From: Candidatus Hermodarchaeota archaeon
Lineage (GTDB): Archaea; Asgardarchaeota; Lokiarchaeia; Sigyniarchaeales; SOKP01
Length of the DNA: 64,000 nt
Assembly (NCBI GenBank): GCA_048885925.1
Contig: JBHLLG010000002.1
Span: 64,001-128,000, forward strand
Direction of reading: 5' to 3'
Below the pieces are notes generated by a model that saw only the letters and a program-made list of their open reading frames with translations, was not told the origin of the DNA and ran no database searches. The position numbers and the translations under genes were made by a program. This document shows, in pieces, positions 21,689 through 31,595 of this stretch; within the stretch, counting starts at the first letter, position 1; each line of letters begins with the position of its first letter.

Positions 21689-22919
21689 TTGTGTAATTCT
21701 TCCATTTTGAAGCTCTATATTGTTTTATTCTAGTATACGCTAAAGGATGAGCTAATTTTTTTCTTTCACTAGGTTCCTTTGCACCATAGCCTATTAAGCA
21801 CAATTCATCTTTATAATTCCCTGCCAGACATAAATTTAATGTTTTTAGCGATAAACATTTGTAGGGAGTGTACTTTTTCTTTTTAGCGAAATTGACTTGG
21901 TAGGAAGTTTTTTCTCTATCAAAATCTGGGAGTGTTGAAAACACATTTACAACCTTTTCTTCAGGATAATCAAGAGCAAGTAAAAACCAGACTATAAAGA
22001 GTCTTTCATTATGAATTAAATTCTGACCTTCTTGCGCTTTTCTTAGAATTCCTTTAACACACGGTGGAAAAAGTGCAAAAAGATCATCCTCCTTCTCAAA
22101 ATCAAGATTAAATACATATTCAAATTCTTCTTTACGTTCAGCCCATGCATTTGAAATTATATCAAATACTTCTTTAAAATCTTTTATTTTTAAGATATTT
22201 TGTAAAAGTGCATTTAATGAAGCCTTATCATCTACTTCTTTGAGAAGGAATCTATTTCTTACATATTCTTGGATAAGTCTAATTAGTCTTTTATTTTGAA
22301 TGAATACATATCCCTCTGAAAGAGAATTATGAACTAACTTCCTATAATCATCTCTTAAGTTTGCCGCAAGTTTCAAATAATCAACAAAATGAATTGTAAA
22401 ATTTGTTTTAAGATTTTGATGCTGATCCTTTAAGATTATTTTACCATAATTAATAGGTATATTATAATATCTTATTTTTAATCCTAAATCTTGACATATA
22501 TTATAAAGGGTTGAATCGTTTTTCTCATCAATCAATTCATCATAAGTTATTTTTGAATAAAGATTTGCTATTCTATTAGTAATCATTTGATTATCTAAAA
22601 CATAAAGAAAGATATTTAAAAGTAAATAAACGTAAATATTTAGATTATCAGTTTTGTAATCAGTTATTCCCTCTAAATTATCAAATGCAGCTTTAAATAG
22701 ATTTAAAATTCGTTCTTTGAGTTCACTACCAAAATCTTCAGAAAACGTTTCAAATGCAAACTCAACTGGGTCCTTTAAAGCAATTTCAGAATAATAGTCT
22801 TTTAAAGATGGGAGCCATGGATATTTTTTTAATAAATCAAAAGTACTACTCATTACCTGTAAACTTTCTCTTTTTAAAGCTATTTTAACTAATTTGAATA
22901 TAATGATGGAACAATTCAT
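21660..22919 (-). CDS. priL: DNA primase large subunit (likely start 22853)
   Basis: KYPWL, FPPCV, HNERL, FDREKTSYQV, Cys cluster for Fe-S. Confidence 0.9.
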   Translation of the reverse strand: MNCSIIIFKLVKIALKRESLQVMSSTFDLLKKYPWLPSLKDYYSEIALKDPVEFAFETFSEDFGSELKERILNLFKAAFDNLEGITDYKTDNLNIYVYLLLNIFLYVLDNQMITNRIANLYSKITYDELIDEKNDSTLYNICQDLGLKIRYYNIPINYGKIILKDQHQNLKTNFTIHFVDYLKLAANLRDDYRKLVHNSLSEGYVFIQNKRLIRLIQEYVRNRFLLKEVDDKASLNALLQNILKIKDFKEVFDIISNAWAERKEEFEYVFNLDFEKEDDLFALFPPCVKGILRKAQEGQNLIHNERLFIVWFLLALDYPEEKVVNVFSTLPDFDREKTSYQVNFAKKKKYTPYKCLSLKTLNLCLAGNYKDELCLIGYGAKEPSERKKLAHPLAYTRIKQYRASKWKNYTNEKSENENE

Positions 22920-23008
22920 TAATAAATTAAGAGTAAATCAATTTACTAATAATTTTAATAAATCTATTAACAAACTAATAAATAATAAATAGTTAGAGAA
23001 GGATAGAA

Positions 23009-23812
23009 CTAAAATTCATCCATATCATCTTCATCTTCAAATTCGGCTTCTTCTACTCTTGGAGCTAAGAAGTAGCTTAATTCTCCACCCTCAAGAAGAT
23101 TAAAAATCATCTTTAAAGGATGATCTGTTTTTAATGATATTTCTAATTTTTCAGTAATAGATGCTATCTTCAAAATCGCCTTTAAAAAAGTTAATGAATA
23201 TGCTCCACTACTAGATTCACTAATATCATGCTCAATTAAATCATCATCACTCAAGCTATATTCCATTTCACCTATTTGACCTGTGGAATTAAATAAAAGA
23301 CCTTGTCCTGCTGTTGCATTTATATTAAGGATTTCAGAATATATTTCAGCGTCTTTTATTGCTTCAACTAAAAATTCTGGTTCAAGTACCCATTTCGCTG
23401 GATATTCAATTCTTAATAAATTGTCCATCGGGATTTCTTCAATATCAATATCTAATAATGCTAAGCTAAATGTGCGCGAACGCGACATACCTTCTCGTTG
23501 CATCTTAATTTTTATTTTTTGATCAGATTCATTGAAATCGATTTCAACTGAATCATTGGCAGCACTTCTTTTTAAAATTTTATCTAGATCATCTAAATTT
23601 AATCCAACTTTGGATTCTTTATCGCATTGGTAATCGTCAAAATTTTCCTTCTTAATTGATAGTTTAAGTAAACAAATTCTTGAGGGATCCATAGCACTTA
23701 TAGTAAATTCTTTAGGAGTAACTCGGAATTCTGTTTCATCAATGATACTCGCAAGGGTTTCGACAATTCCTTTTAAAATCCGACTATTTTCTAATTTTAA
23801 TGTAAAACTCAT
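23009..23812 (-). CDS. pcn: PCNA sliding clamp
   Basis: AMDPSRICL, YSLTFL, YFLAPRVEE. Confidence 0.95.
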   Translation of the reverse strand: MSFTLKLENSRILKGIVETLASIIDETEFRVTPKEFTISAMDPSRICLLKLSIKKENFDDYQCDKESKVGLNLDDLDKILKRSAANDSVEIDFNESDQKIKIKMQREGMSRSRTFSLALLDIDIEEIPMDNLLRIEYPAKWVLEPEFLVEAIKDAEIYSEILNINATAGQGLLFNSTGQIGEMEYSLSDDDLIEHDISESSSGAYSLTFLKAILKIASITEKLEISLKTDHPLKMIFNLLEGGELSYFLAPRVEEAEFEDEDDMDEF

Positions 23813-23995
23813 AATCTTTCAGTATATTTATTCCATTATAATTAAGATAATATAGTTTGATTCGCATTATTAATAATGTTTGATATTAGTATTTTAATAA
23901 TGCCAATTTTAGATATTAAATTAATTATTTATACTTATCTTAAATTTTCAAACTTGTATTTATTAAGTAATTATATGATTTTTATTTAAAAAAAA

Positions 23996-24316
23996 ATGTC
24001 TCTTCAGTATGCCAAAAAAAGAATAATTAAGGATATTGCTCTTGACGATGAGCGAATTCAAGTTACTGGATATATAAAAAATAAAATTGATGATAATCAT
24101 ATTATTTTAAATGATAAAACTGGAGAAATAAACGTGAATATTAAGAGTGTAGAGAATTTTAACTTTAAAGTAAATGATCTGATTAATGTAATAGGAGATC
24201 TTGAATTCCAATCTTCCGGAGAAAAATTAATTAATGCTGATATTGTTCAAGATATGAATAAATTGAATTTCGAATATTATCAAAAAATATATCAGCTTAA
24301 AAAAGAATTAGAGTGA
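23996..24316 (+). CDS. Single OB-fold protein, RPA3/RPA14-like
   Basis: RIQVTGYI...LNDKTGEINV...INVIG...ADIVQDMNKLNFEYYQK: OB fold plus C-terminal helix, next to the PCNA cluster. Confidence 0.7.
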   Translation: MSLQYAKKRIIKDIALDDERIQVTGYIKNKIDDNHIILNDKTGEINVNIKSVENFNFKVNDLINVIGDLEFQSSGEKLINADIVQDMNKLNFEYYQKIYQLKKELE

Positions 24317-24346
24317 ATTTAATAACTTATATTCCTTCAGAGGATT

Positions 24347-24715
24347 TTACTCATCTAAAAATCTTTGTATTTCAATTGTATATCCATTAGGATCTTTACA
24401 GAAGAAGTGATAAATATTAAATTTTTGATTGATTTTTGGCTTTTCTGGAATATCTAACCCCAAATTAATCAATTTGCCATAAACCTTGTCAACATCTTCC
24501 GTAACGAAGGTAATAATTGGACTTTTATCATTATGAATAACTGATATATGTTTGCAGAATCCTATTTTACTTTGTTCATTAATGTTAAAAATTAAACAGA
24601 CTCCTTGATCTTTATATACTGTTAAACCTAAATAATTTTGATAAAAATTTGATGTCATATTTAGATCTTTCGTCCCTAAAAAAGTAATAAATTCCTTATA
24701 TCGCATAAAACTCAT
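24347..24715 (-). CDS. VOC/glyoxalase family protein
   Basis: FYQNYLGL, FFCKDPNGYTIEIQ. Confidence 0.85.
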   Translation of the reverse strand: MSFMRYKEFITFLGTKDLNMTSNFYQNYLGLTVYKDQGVCLIFNINEQSKIGFCKHISVIHNDKSPIITFVTEDVDKVYGKLINLGLDIPEKPKINQKFNIYHFFCKDPNGYTIEIQRFLDE

Positions 24716-24837
24716 TCTTAGTAATTATTTATATTCATTAAATCATAATTTTATTTTCATTTATAGATAAGATAAAACTTATTAAATATTAATATTTTTT
24801 AAGATTATCTTTACTGATGTAGAACAATGCAATCAAT

Positions 24838-25173
24838 ATGGTCGAATTTTGCCCCGAATGTTCTAACCTTTTACGCAAGAGAATCGAAAACAATCATTCA
24901 TTTTTAGTATGTAAGTGTGGTTATCAAAAAGAACTCAATCCTAATAATAATGAGATTGAAATTAATATTAAAAAGAAAAAAAAGGCTTTAGAAAAGAATT
25001 TATTAGTTATTTCTGAAGATGACAAAATTCTAGTACATCCAATAACTAAGAAAGATTGTCCTAAATGTGGCAATCTTGAAGCAGAAACCTGGCAAGTTCA
25101 AATAAGGAGTTCTGATGAACCAGCTACTCATTTTTTTAGATGTACTGAGTGTAAAAACACTTGGCGCGAGTAA
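24838..25173 (+). CDS. tfs: Transcription factor S (TFS/RpoM family)
   Basis: FCPECSNLL, CPKCG, QIRSSDEPATHFFRCTEC with the acidic DE dyad. Confidence 0.92.
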   Translation: MVEFCPECSNLLRKRIENNHSFLVCKCGYQKELNPNNNEIEINIKKKKKALEKNLLVISEDDKILVHPITKKDCPKCGNLEAETWQVQIRSSDEPATHFFRCTECKNTWRE

Positions 25174-25223
25174 TTAAGTAATTTAGAAAGTAAGATCATA
25201 TTACTCAGGTATAATTGAATTAG

Positions 25224-25243
25224 CGTGAAAGAACAGTTTCACG
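25224..25243. terminator. Inverted repeat between convergent tfs and rps27e
   Basis: CGTGAAA-gaacag-TTTCACG, perfect 7-bp stem. Confidence 0.3.
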
Positions 25244-25285
25244 AAGAATTTTATTCAATATTTTTTGATTTCAGAAAGAATATCC

Positions 25286-25492
25286 TTAAGAAAGAACTTC
25301 TAAAATTTTAGTAAGAATTCTAGCTTTACCCCCTGTGGATTGAAGCAATAATTTTCCACAAACTAAACATTCTACATCAGTGGCGGAACAACCAAAAATA
25401 ATCTGTTGATTACCACAATTTAAACACTTTACACGCAAAAATCTACTTTTTGGCTGTGGAATAAGTTCTTTTTCTTTTCGCTTATGTACCAT
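25286..25492 (-). CDS. rps27e: 30S ribosomal protein S27e
   Basis: [20 protein letters not shown]...CLVCG...TGGKA. Confidence 0.96.
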   Translation of the reverse strand: MVHKRKEKELIPQPKSRFLRVKCLNCGNQQIIFGCSATDVECLVCGKLLLQSTGGKARILTKILEVLS

Positions 25493-25507
25493 AGATACTC
25501 ACTTTTT

Positions 25508-25789
25508 TTATACTTCAGTAATTTCAAGTCTTTTTACACGATAGGATTTTGCATACTGTTTTTTATTGCATTCAGAACATTCTAACACTGGGGTTGATTT
25601 CTTATTAATCTTGGCATTAGCATGAAAAATTTCTTTCGGAAAAGAGCCGTAACCCCTTTTATGTCTCTCTAACCGACGTCTTCCATGGTTTAGAGCTCTT
25701 TCTTTCCCTTTTTTATATAAAGAGACATTATGAATTGTATGAGCGCGGCAATAAGGGCAGTATCTTCGTATTGTGCGGGGATATTTCAT
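25508..25789 (-). CDS. rpl44e: 50S ribosomal protein L44e
   Basis: YCPYCRAHTIH, YKKGKER, LECSECNK. Confidence 0.95.
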   Translation of the reverse strand: MKYPRTIRRYCPYCRAHTIHNVSLYKKGKERALNHGRRRLERHKRGYGSFPKEIFHANAKINKKSTPVLECSECNKKQYAKSYRVKRLEITEV

Positions 25790-25936
25790 TTTAATTTACC
25801 AATCTTATCTAATTACTAAAGGTAATTATTTATAAATTTTAAATTTTATTAGTTCTGTTATTTCTTTTTGAATAGGGATTATTTAATAAAAAATAATTTA
25901 AATCTTATTTGCATAATGTTAATAACAACAAATTGA

Positions 25937-26866
25937 TTGAGAATTGAAATGTTCAAAGAGAAAATTAGGGAAGGTATAATAAGTGCAAAGCAATTTGATA
26001 GAGAAGATATTGAATATATTTTGAAGAAGGGTAAAGAAATGATAGAAATAAAGAATTCAAATCTTCTTCAAGGAAAAATCTTAGCTACATTATTTTTTGA
26101 ACCATCTACTCGAACCCGTCTTAGCTTTGAATCTGCTATGTATAGATTAGGAGGAAACGTGATTGGATTTCACTCTGGAGATGTATCTTCCATAAAAAAA
26201 GGTGAAAGTATTGCAGATACGATAAGAACTGTAGAAAATTATAGCGATTGTATCGTCATGAGACATTCACTTGAAGGAGCGGCAAAAATGGCATCAAAAT
26301 TTGCTAAAATTCCTATTATTAATGCTGGGTCTGGAAGTGGAGAGCATCCAACTCAGGGATTATTGGATTTATTAACCATTACAGAAGAAATTGGATCTTT
26401 AGACGGTTTGAATATAGGAATAATGGGTGATCTAAAATATGGCAGAACTGTCCATTCACTTTCAATTTTATTGTCTCTATTTGATGTAAATCTATATTTT
26501 ATAAGTCCCGAAAGTCTAAAAATGAGAAACCGAGATATGGATTTTTTACAACAACGGCAAGTTAAATATAAAGAGATTAAAAGTTATAGAAAAATATTGG
26601 ACATTTTAGATGTTCTTTATATGACACGAATCCAAAAAGAAAGATTTGTTGATCTTGAAGAATATGAGAAGGTAAAAGATTTTTATGTGTTTCGAGAAGA
26701 TGATCTCGAAAATACAAAAGATAATTTCAGATTATTGCATCCTCTTCCTCGAGTTACAGAAATTTCTCCAAATGTTGATGGTTCAGAAAAAGCAATTTAC
26801 TTTAAACAGACACATTATGGTATTCCTATGAGGAAAGCACTCTTAGCAGAATTAATGTTAGACTAA
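25937..26866 (+). CDS. pyrB: Aspartate carbamoyltransferase catalytic subunit
   Basis: FFEPSTRTRLSFE, HPTQ, GDLKYGRTVHS, TRIQKERF, HPLPR. Confidence 0.96.
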   Translation: MRIEMFKEKIREGIISAKQFDREDIEYILKKGKEMIEIKNSNLLQGKILATLFFEPSTRTRLSFESAMYRLGGNVIGFHSGDVSSIKKGESIADTIRTVENYSDCIVMRHSLEGAAKMASKFAKIPIINAGSGSGEHPTQGLLDLLTITEEIGSLDGLNIGIMGDLKYGRTVHSLSILLSLFDVNLYFISPESLKMRNRDMDFLQQRQVKYKEIKSYRKILDILDVLYMTRIQKERFVDLEEYEKVKDFYVFREDDLENTKDNFRLLHPLPRVTEISPNVDGSEKAIYFKQTHYGIPMRKALLAELMLD

Positions 26867-26900
26867 TTTGTTATATGTTTATTTTATTTTTGTTTTATTA

Positions 26901-28886
26901 TTAAAACAAACAATCTTTTAGAGAAATCGCACTGATTTTAGAATCAAATAAGTTATTCAATAATTCCGGTAATGAATTTTCATTAGTATTCATTTTTCCA
27001 GTGAAAATAACTCCTTTATTAATGACTTCTTGAAATTTTTTAAATAACAAGATCCTTTTATCAAGAGAAAGACTTGATTCATTTCTTATTAGTTCAGAGG
27101 AAAATCCATTTAATTTTTGGTTGTAGGGTATAGTTTCATTATAACATGTATCATTTAAATAAGAGTCGTTATGGGGTTGGTTCAGAATAAAATAGTTATT
27201 ATCAACTTCATTTCGCTCTTCAATAAGGTCTCTCATTAATGACAGGATTCTTAGAGCAAAAGTTTCGCTGGATTTTGTTCTATCAAGTTCAATTCCGCAA
27301 TGGTTTAATATTGCTTCATTTAAGCCAAAAAAGCTAATAGATTTTAAGGCATTTTTAAATAAATTTTTTTGAGGTATATTGAAAATTCGTGTGGTTATAG
27401 TGTTCCATGAATCAAGAGCTTTTAATTTCTTCTGTACTAATCTTTCTTTATGTTTAAACAAATCGAATACAGAATTTATTTTATCTTGAATTAGTTCCAA
27501 AAATAACCCGTCATTTTGTTTTGCGTTTACAGAAATCGTATATAAATTTATCAAGATCTTATCTAGAACAATTGTATCTTCGTTGCGATTATCTATTTGA
27601 GTAATAATGGAATTGAATAGATTCGAATAGTCTTTTTCATATATAATTAAATTATTACCCTTTAACCCCGAGATAAATTTACTGATAGATTCACTACTTA
27701 ATTCTGAAGAAAAATATTTAGAATATTCAAAAAGAAGTAGCGGTCTTATAAGATCTGGGTTGAAATTATTCATTGAATTAAGAAATTGTTTATCAATTTC
27801 ATTTTGAATTGATAAATTTTCAATTAATTTTCCATTATAAGTAAAATCTAATGATAAATGAGTTTTACCATCGTTAATTCGATTATTAAACCGGAGAATT
27901 TGAGTAGTTAATAAATCCAAACTAAATGAACTAATTTTAGGTAATTGTAAATAGAAGAGAAATTGACAATTAAAATCACCTAAAAGTAAATCTTCAGTAT
28001 AAAATTGCTTTAATTGATATAAAATATTACTAAAATTAGTAATTAAATTGATTCCATCTTTACGTCTTTCTATTATTTTAGGTTTCATTGACATCTTTTT
28101 AAAGAAATAATCAATTAGTGTTTTAGCATTTACATATAAACCAGTTGGTCTTAAGCTCCAATAATTAAGATTAAGTAAAGCAATTTCACCCGATAGATAT
28201 AAGTCAGCAAGATTTTTTGGTAGAAGATTTAAAAGTAAAAATTGTTCAGAAACATCCGAACCTAATTTTTTAATAAAATCTTCAGGAGCCAGTTCATTAT
28301 TCTTAGAATTAAAAAGTTGAAATGCCTCGAATGGAGGTGTTCCTAAACGGGTTAATTTATGTCTAACTTCCTCTAGACCATTTTCTAACAAAATTGCGTT
28401 TATGTATTCGCGCATTAATGGTGCTGTCATGTAATCTATATTTGTCTTAGAAAGACGTTCTTCTACTTCATGTGCGATTTGTTTAGCTAAATAACGCTCT
28501 AATTCACCCTCTCTTATTAAATATTCTTCAATTTTGCTTGAATCAAATACTTCTTTTGAATATTTTGATGTTCGGATTATTTTAATTTTATTTTGCTTAT
28601 TTAAAATCTGCTCAATTGATAAAATTTTATCAATAATTTGCTCTCCTAATAAAGATATTGAATATCCTTCTTCAGAGGATTGAATTAATTTACTTCTTTT
28701 TAAGATTTTTAAATGGAATGATAAATTAACAGAAGTTAGGTTATTATCTAATATATCTTTCTGAAGTTTTGAAAAAGGTATTGGTACTTGAGCGTTTTTT
28801 AATTTTCTTAAAATCTCAATCCTAACCTTTTGACCTATTGTTTTTAATTGTTTTTCTAGAATTGTTTGTTTTTTGTCGGTATCCAA
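26901..28886 (-). CDS. ArsR-like winged helix + ATP-cone + degenerate class III ribonucleotide reductase (NrdD)-like domain
   Basis: RIEILRKL...NLSFHLKILKRSKLI...YSISLLG (wHTH); IRTSKYSKEVFDSSKIEEYLIRE...TAPLMREYINAILLENGLEEVRHKLTRLG (ATP cone); LLPKNLADLYLSGEIAL and SISFFGLNEAILNHCG (NrdD-like). Confidence 0.75.
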   Translation of the reverse strand: MDTDKKQTILEKQLKTIGQKVRIEILRKLKNAQVPIPFSKLQKDILDNNLTSVNLSFHLKILKRSKLIQSSEEGYSISLLGEQIIDKILSIEQILNKQNKIKIIRTSKYSKEVFDSSKIEEYLIREGELERYLAKQIAHEVEERLSKTNIDYMTAPLMREYINAILLENGLEEVRHKLTRLGTPPFEAFQLFNSKNNELAPEDFIKKLGSDVSEQFLLLNLLPKNLADLYLSGEIALLNLNYWSLRPTGLYVNAKTLIDYFFKKMSMKPKIIERRKDGINLITNFSNILYQLKQFYTEDLLLGDFNCQFLFYLQLPKISSFSLDLLTTQILRFNNRINDGKTHLSLDFTYNGKLIENLSIQNEIDKQFLNSMNNFNPDLIRPLLLFEYSKYFSSELSSESISKFISGLKGNNLIIYEKDYSNLFNSIITQIDNRNEDTIVLDKILINLYTISVNAKQNDGLFLELIQDKINSVFDLFKHKERLVQKKLKALDSWNTITTRIFNIPQKNLFKNALKSISFFGLNEAILNHCGIELDRTKSSETFALRILSLMRDLIEERNEVDNNYFILNQPHNDSYLNDTCYNETIPYNQKLNGFSSELIRNESSLSLDKRILLFKKFQEVINKGVIFTGKMNTNENSLPELLNNLFDSKISAISLKDCLF

Positions 28887-28913
28887 TTTTCTTATTGCCT
28901 TAATAATCTTTCA

Positions 28914-29124
28914 TTAAATCTGCTTAACTAAATAATAAGTTTAACAGTTATATAAAAATTTAGCAATTTTCTAAATTTTAAATGGATTTAGATAATATGT
29001 AGGTGATATGAAACTTTTCTTTAAGAAAGATAATCTTGTAAGTAAATCAATTTTATTCATAAAAAACTTAACTTCTTCAGTTAATAATGTCGCATTATTT
29101 AAAATATAAAGATTGGACTCCAAT
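28914..29124. repeat. Copy 1 of an approximately 210-bp duplicated non-coding upstream region
   Basis: Colinear and highly similar to 31596-31803 (ttaaatctgcttaactaaataata...gtaggtgatatgaaactttt...ttggactcc). Confidence 0.9.
29112..29124. promoter_or_regulatory. Palindromic putative operator ATTGGACTCCAAT
   Basis: Dyad centred at 29118, 85 nt upstream of ATG 29203. Confidence 0.6.
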
Positions 29125-29202
29125 TTTGTTATATTTCATTTAAATGGGTTAAAAGTTGTAATTAAAAATTCGAAAAATCTAACAAAAAAGGTGAAAACTA
29201 TT

Positions 29203-30696
29203 ATGGTAAAGAGAAAACAATTTACTGAATTAGTTTTAGTAGAAACAGATAAAGAGATTTTAGAGGAAAGGGGCAAAAATCTTTTCCAAATAGATTTCTT
29301 AAAGGCAGCAATGATATTTTTAGTTATATTTGATCATATGGTAGCATGGGGGGTAAAAGATCAGATGGGTGTTACCTTATGGGAAAGGATCTCAATTCCG
29401 GTCTTTTTAGTGATAATGGGATTTAATATGGGACTTTCTTTTCAAAGAAGAGGAGTTTCCAAGTTAAAGGAATTATACTCCTGGAGTTATTTTAAAAGTA
29501 AAATTTTACGATATATCGTACCATTTCTTGTATTATATGGATTTTCTACGATAATTGGACTAAGTTTTTATCAATTTAATATTACAGCGATGTACCATGG
29601 ACAATATTATCCAGAACATGGATTTATTCAATTATTTACCGGAATTTTACCATTTTGGGGTGCTGGAAATTGGTTTATTCCTGTAATTCTCGGTTCAATA
29701 GTAATATTCCCATTACTATATTGGGCATTTACTAAGAAACCAATCCTAACATTAATTCTTTGTTTTGCTGTTGAGATCATAATGCAATTAATTGTATTTT
29801 TCGTAATAGGACAAATTACAACTTGGGAAGAAGCGCATATTGTTAATTTATTTATGACAAGTTTTCCATTCTATCTATCTGCTATAGGATTAGGTCTGTG
29901 GTTTTCATTTAATCGTAAGCCTTTTTCAAGACGTAACTTGTTTATCTGGATTTTATTTCCAATTAGTTTAACATATATGATATTCTACCAATTCTTCGAT
30001 TTTCGATTCCGAATCGGGGATGTTCCACTATTCAGAGGAGATTACCTTTTCTTAATATTTCCATACTCAACAGTATTATTTCTATTAGTAATGATGATAT
30101 TACCTCAGAAGTCAGACAACAAATTTTCACGAGCAATTTCATTAATAGGAAAGTCAACATATCATATATTACTTACTCAAATGTTGGGTTACGGAATAAT
30201 TTTTATGTGGAGAAATACAACTTTTCTTATAGATGTTGGATTCACATTTTTGGAGGCATTGCTCTTAATATTTGCTTGGATGATATTTATCCCTTTCGGT
30301 ATTCTATGGTATAAAATTGATCAAGAAACAAATTTAATTAAGCGTTTGTTATACTATGTAAATTTCTTCTTAGTTTATGGCGGTTTAGTACATTTCATCT
30401 TTATTTACATTTATTATATATTGCATCCAACCTTTAATGCGTGGATACCAATCACTTTGATTGTTATGCTTATTTATGGGGCTGCAGGACTAATCATTAA
30501 ATTTTTTGTGAAAAAACCAATTAAAACGACTACTCTGGCTATTTGGACATCATTTTTAGTATATAATTTCTTTATTTCAGTACTATACATTGAAATTCTC
30601 CCTCCTACTGAGTATTTGGTACAAAATATTTCCACAGGTACATTCCTCATCTTCGCAATAATAGGTACAGTTTTAGATTATACTCTTAGGAAATAA
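29203..30696 (+). CDS. Acyltransferase-3 (OafA-like) family membrane protein, paralogue 1
   Basis: FQIDFLKAAMIFLVIFDH, IPVFLVIMGF, WFIPV, IGKSTYHILLTQ; start moved to ATG 29203, which follows an AGGTGA SD. Confidence 0.85.
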   Translation: MVKRKQFTELVLVETDKEILEERGKNLFQIDFLKAAMIFLVIFDHMVAWGVKDQMGVTLWERISIPVFLVIMGFNMGLSFQRRGVSKLKELYSWSYFKSKILRYIVPFLVLYGFSTIIGLSFYQFNITAMYHGQYYPEHGFIQLFTGILPFWGAGNWFIPVILGSIVIFPLLYWAFTKKPILTLILCFAVEIIMQLIVFFVIGQITTWEEAHIVNLFMTSFPFYLSAIGLGLWFSFNRKPFSRRNLFIWILFPISLTYMIFYQFFDFRFRIGDVPLFRGDYLFLIFPYSTVLFLLVMMILPQKSDNKFSRAISLIGKSTYHILLTQMLGYGIIFMWRNTTFLIDVGFTFLEALLLIFAWMIFIPFGILWYKIDQETNLIKRLLYYVNFFLVYGGLVHFIFIYIYYILHPTFNAWIPITLIVMLIYGAAGLIIKFFVKKPIKTTTLAIWTSFLVYNFFISVLYIEILPPTEYLVQNISTGTFLIFAIIGTVLDYTLRK

Positions 30697-30740
30697 ATCT
30701 TTTTTTTTTTTATTATTTAGTTTTAATTAAACGAAATGAA

Positions 30741-30757
30741 AAATTGGACTCCAATTT
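30741..30757. promoter_or_regulatory. Perfect palindromic putative operator AAATTGGACTCCAATTT
   Basis: 8-1-8 dyad centred at 30749, 83 nt upstream of ATG 30832, followed by a TATA-like ttaatatataaa. Confidence 0.65.
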
Positions 30758-30831
30758 AGTTTAATATATAAATAATAATATTATTTTTTAACATTAGATT
30801 TATTTTTAAATATAAAATAAGAGGTTGTTTT

Positions 30832-31503
30832 ATGCCTTTAAATGAAATTAGAAAGAAGCTCAGTATAGGGACTACTGGATTATGGATTATTTTTGGGATT
30901 GTTACCATTGTAATGATAGCTCTTTTGGTAGGCGAAGTTTTTGGACCTTATGATTATTGGATTTCAATAATTGCTATTGGAGTTGTACTAATATTAGCAA
31001 TTGCTGCTACTATTGTTGATTTAAGTTCTAAAAGGAAAGGAAAAGTAGGCATTATAGGAATATGGACTATTTTTGGAATGACTTTTATTGTTTTTGCTGC
31101 TCTAATCATAGGAGAAGTTTTTGGACCCGATGATTTTTGGATTCCTATAATCCCTGTTGGTACTTTACTGATTCTAGCGATTATCGCCACAATTTATGAA
31201 TATATATCTGGAGATGTAAGATTTTGTCCTATATGCGGAAAAAGATTTGAGAAAAAATGGGATTTTTGTCAAGAATGTGGTTCAAGAGTTCTTATGAATT
31301 GCCCATCATGTGGTACAAAAATAAAAGGGAATCCGAAATTTTGCGTCAAATGTGGAATAAATTTAAGTGAAATTGAAGTAATTCAAACTTCTTCTCCTAG
31401 TTTTAAATTTAAAAGAGAAGGATATACAAAATTATGTAGGCAATGTGGAGCACCAGCTAAACCTGATGCTAAATACTGCGTATATTGTGGTGCTTCTCAA
31501 TAA
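30832..31503 (+). CDS. Membrane protein with duplicated TM hairpin and three C-terminal zinc ribbons
   Basis: Two GEVFGPxDxWI repeats; six CxxC motifs. Confidence 0.85.
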   Translation: MPLNEIRKKLSIGTTGLWIIFGIVTIVMIALLVGEVFGPYDYWISIIAIGVVLILAIAATIVDLSSKRKGKVGIIGIWTIFGMTFIVFAALIIGEVFGPDDFWIPIIPVGTLLILAIIATIYEYISGDVRFCPICGKRFEKKWDFCQECGSRVLMNCPSCGTKIKGNPKFCVKCGINLSEIEVIQTSSPSFKFKREGYTKLCRQCGAPAKPDAKYCVYCGASQ

Positions 31504-31595
31504 TTTTTTTTACTTTTACGAATTAAAGTTATAGCATTTTAAACTGAACTTTATTGTCAATAAAAATTGGACTACTTTATAATTTACTTCTTTCT

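Noticed and set aside
29113-29202. TTG start of acyltransferase 1 given by the ORF track
   Set aside because: It lies inside the palindromic site; ATG 29203 has an AGGTGA SD and matches the paralogue's N-terminus
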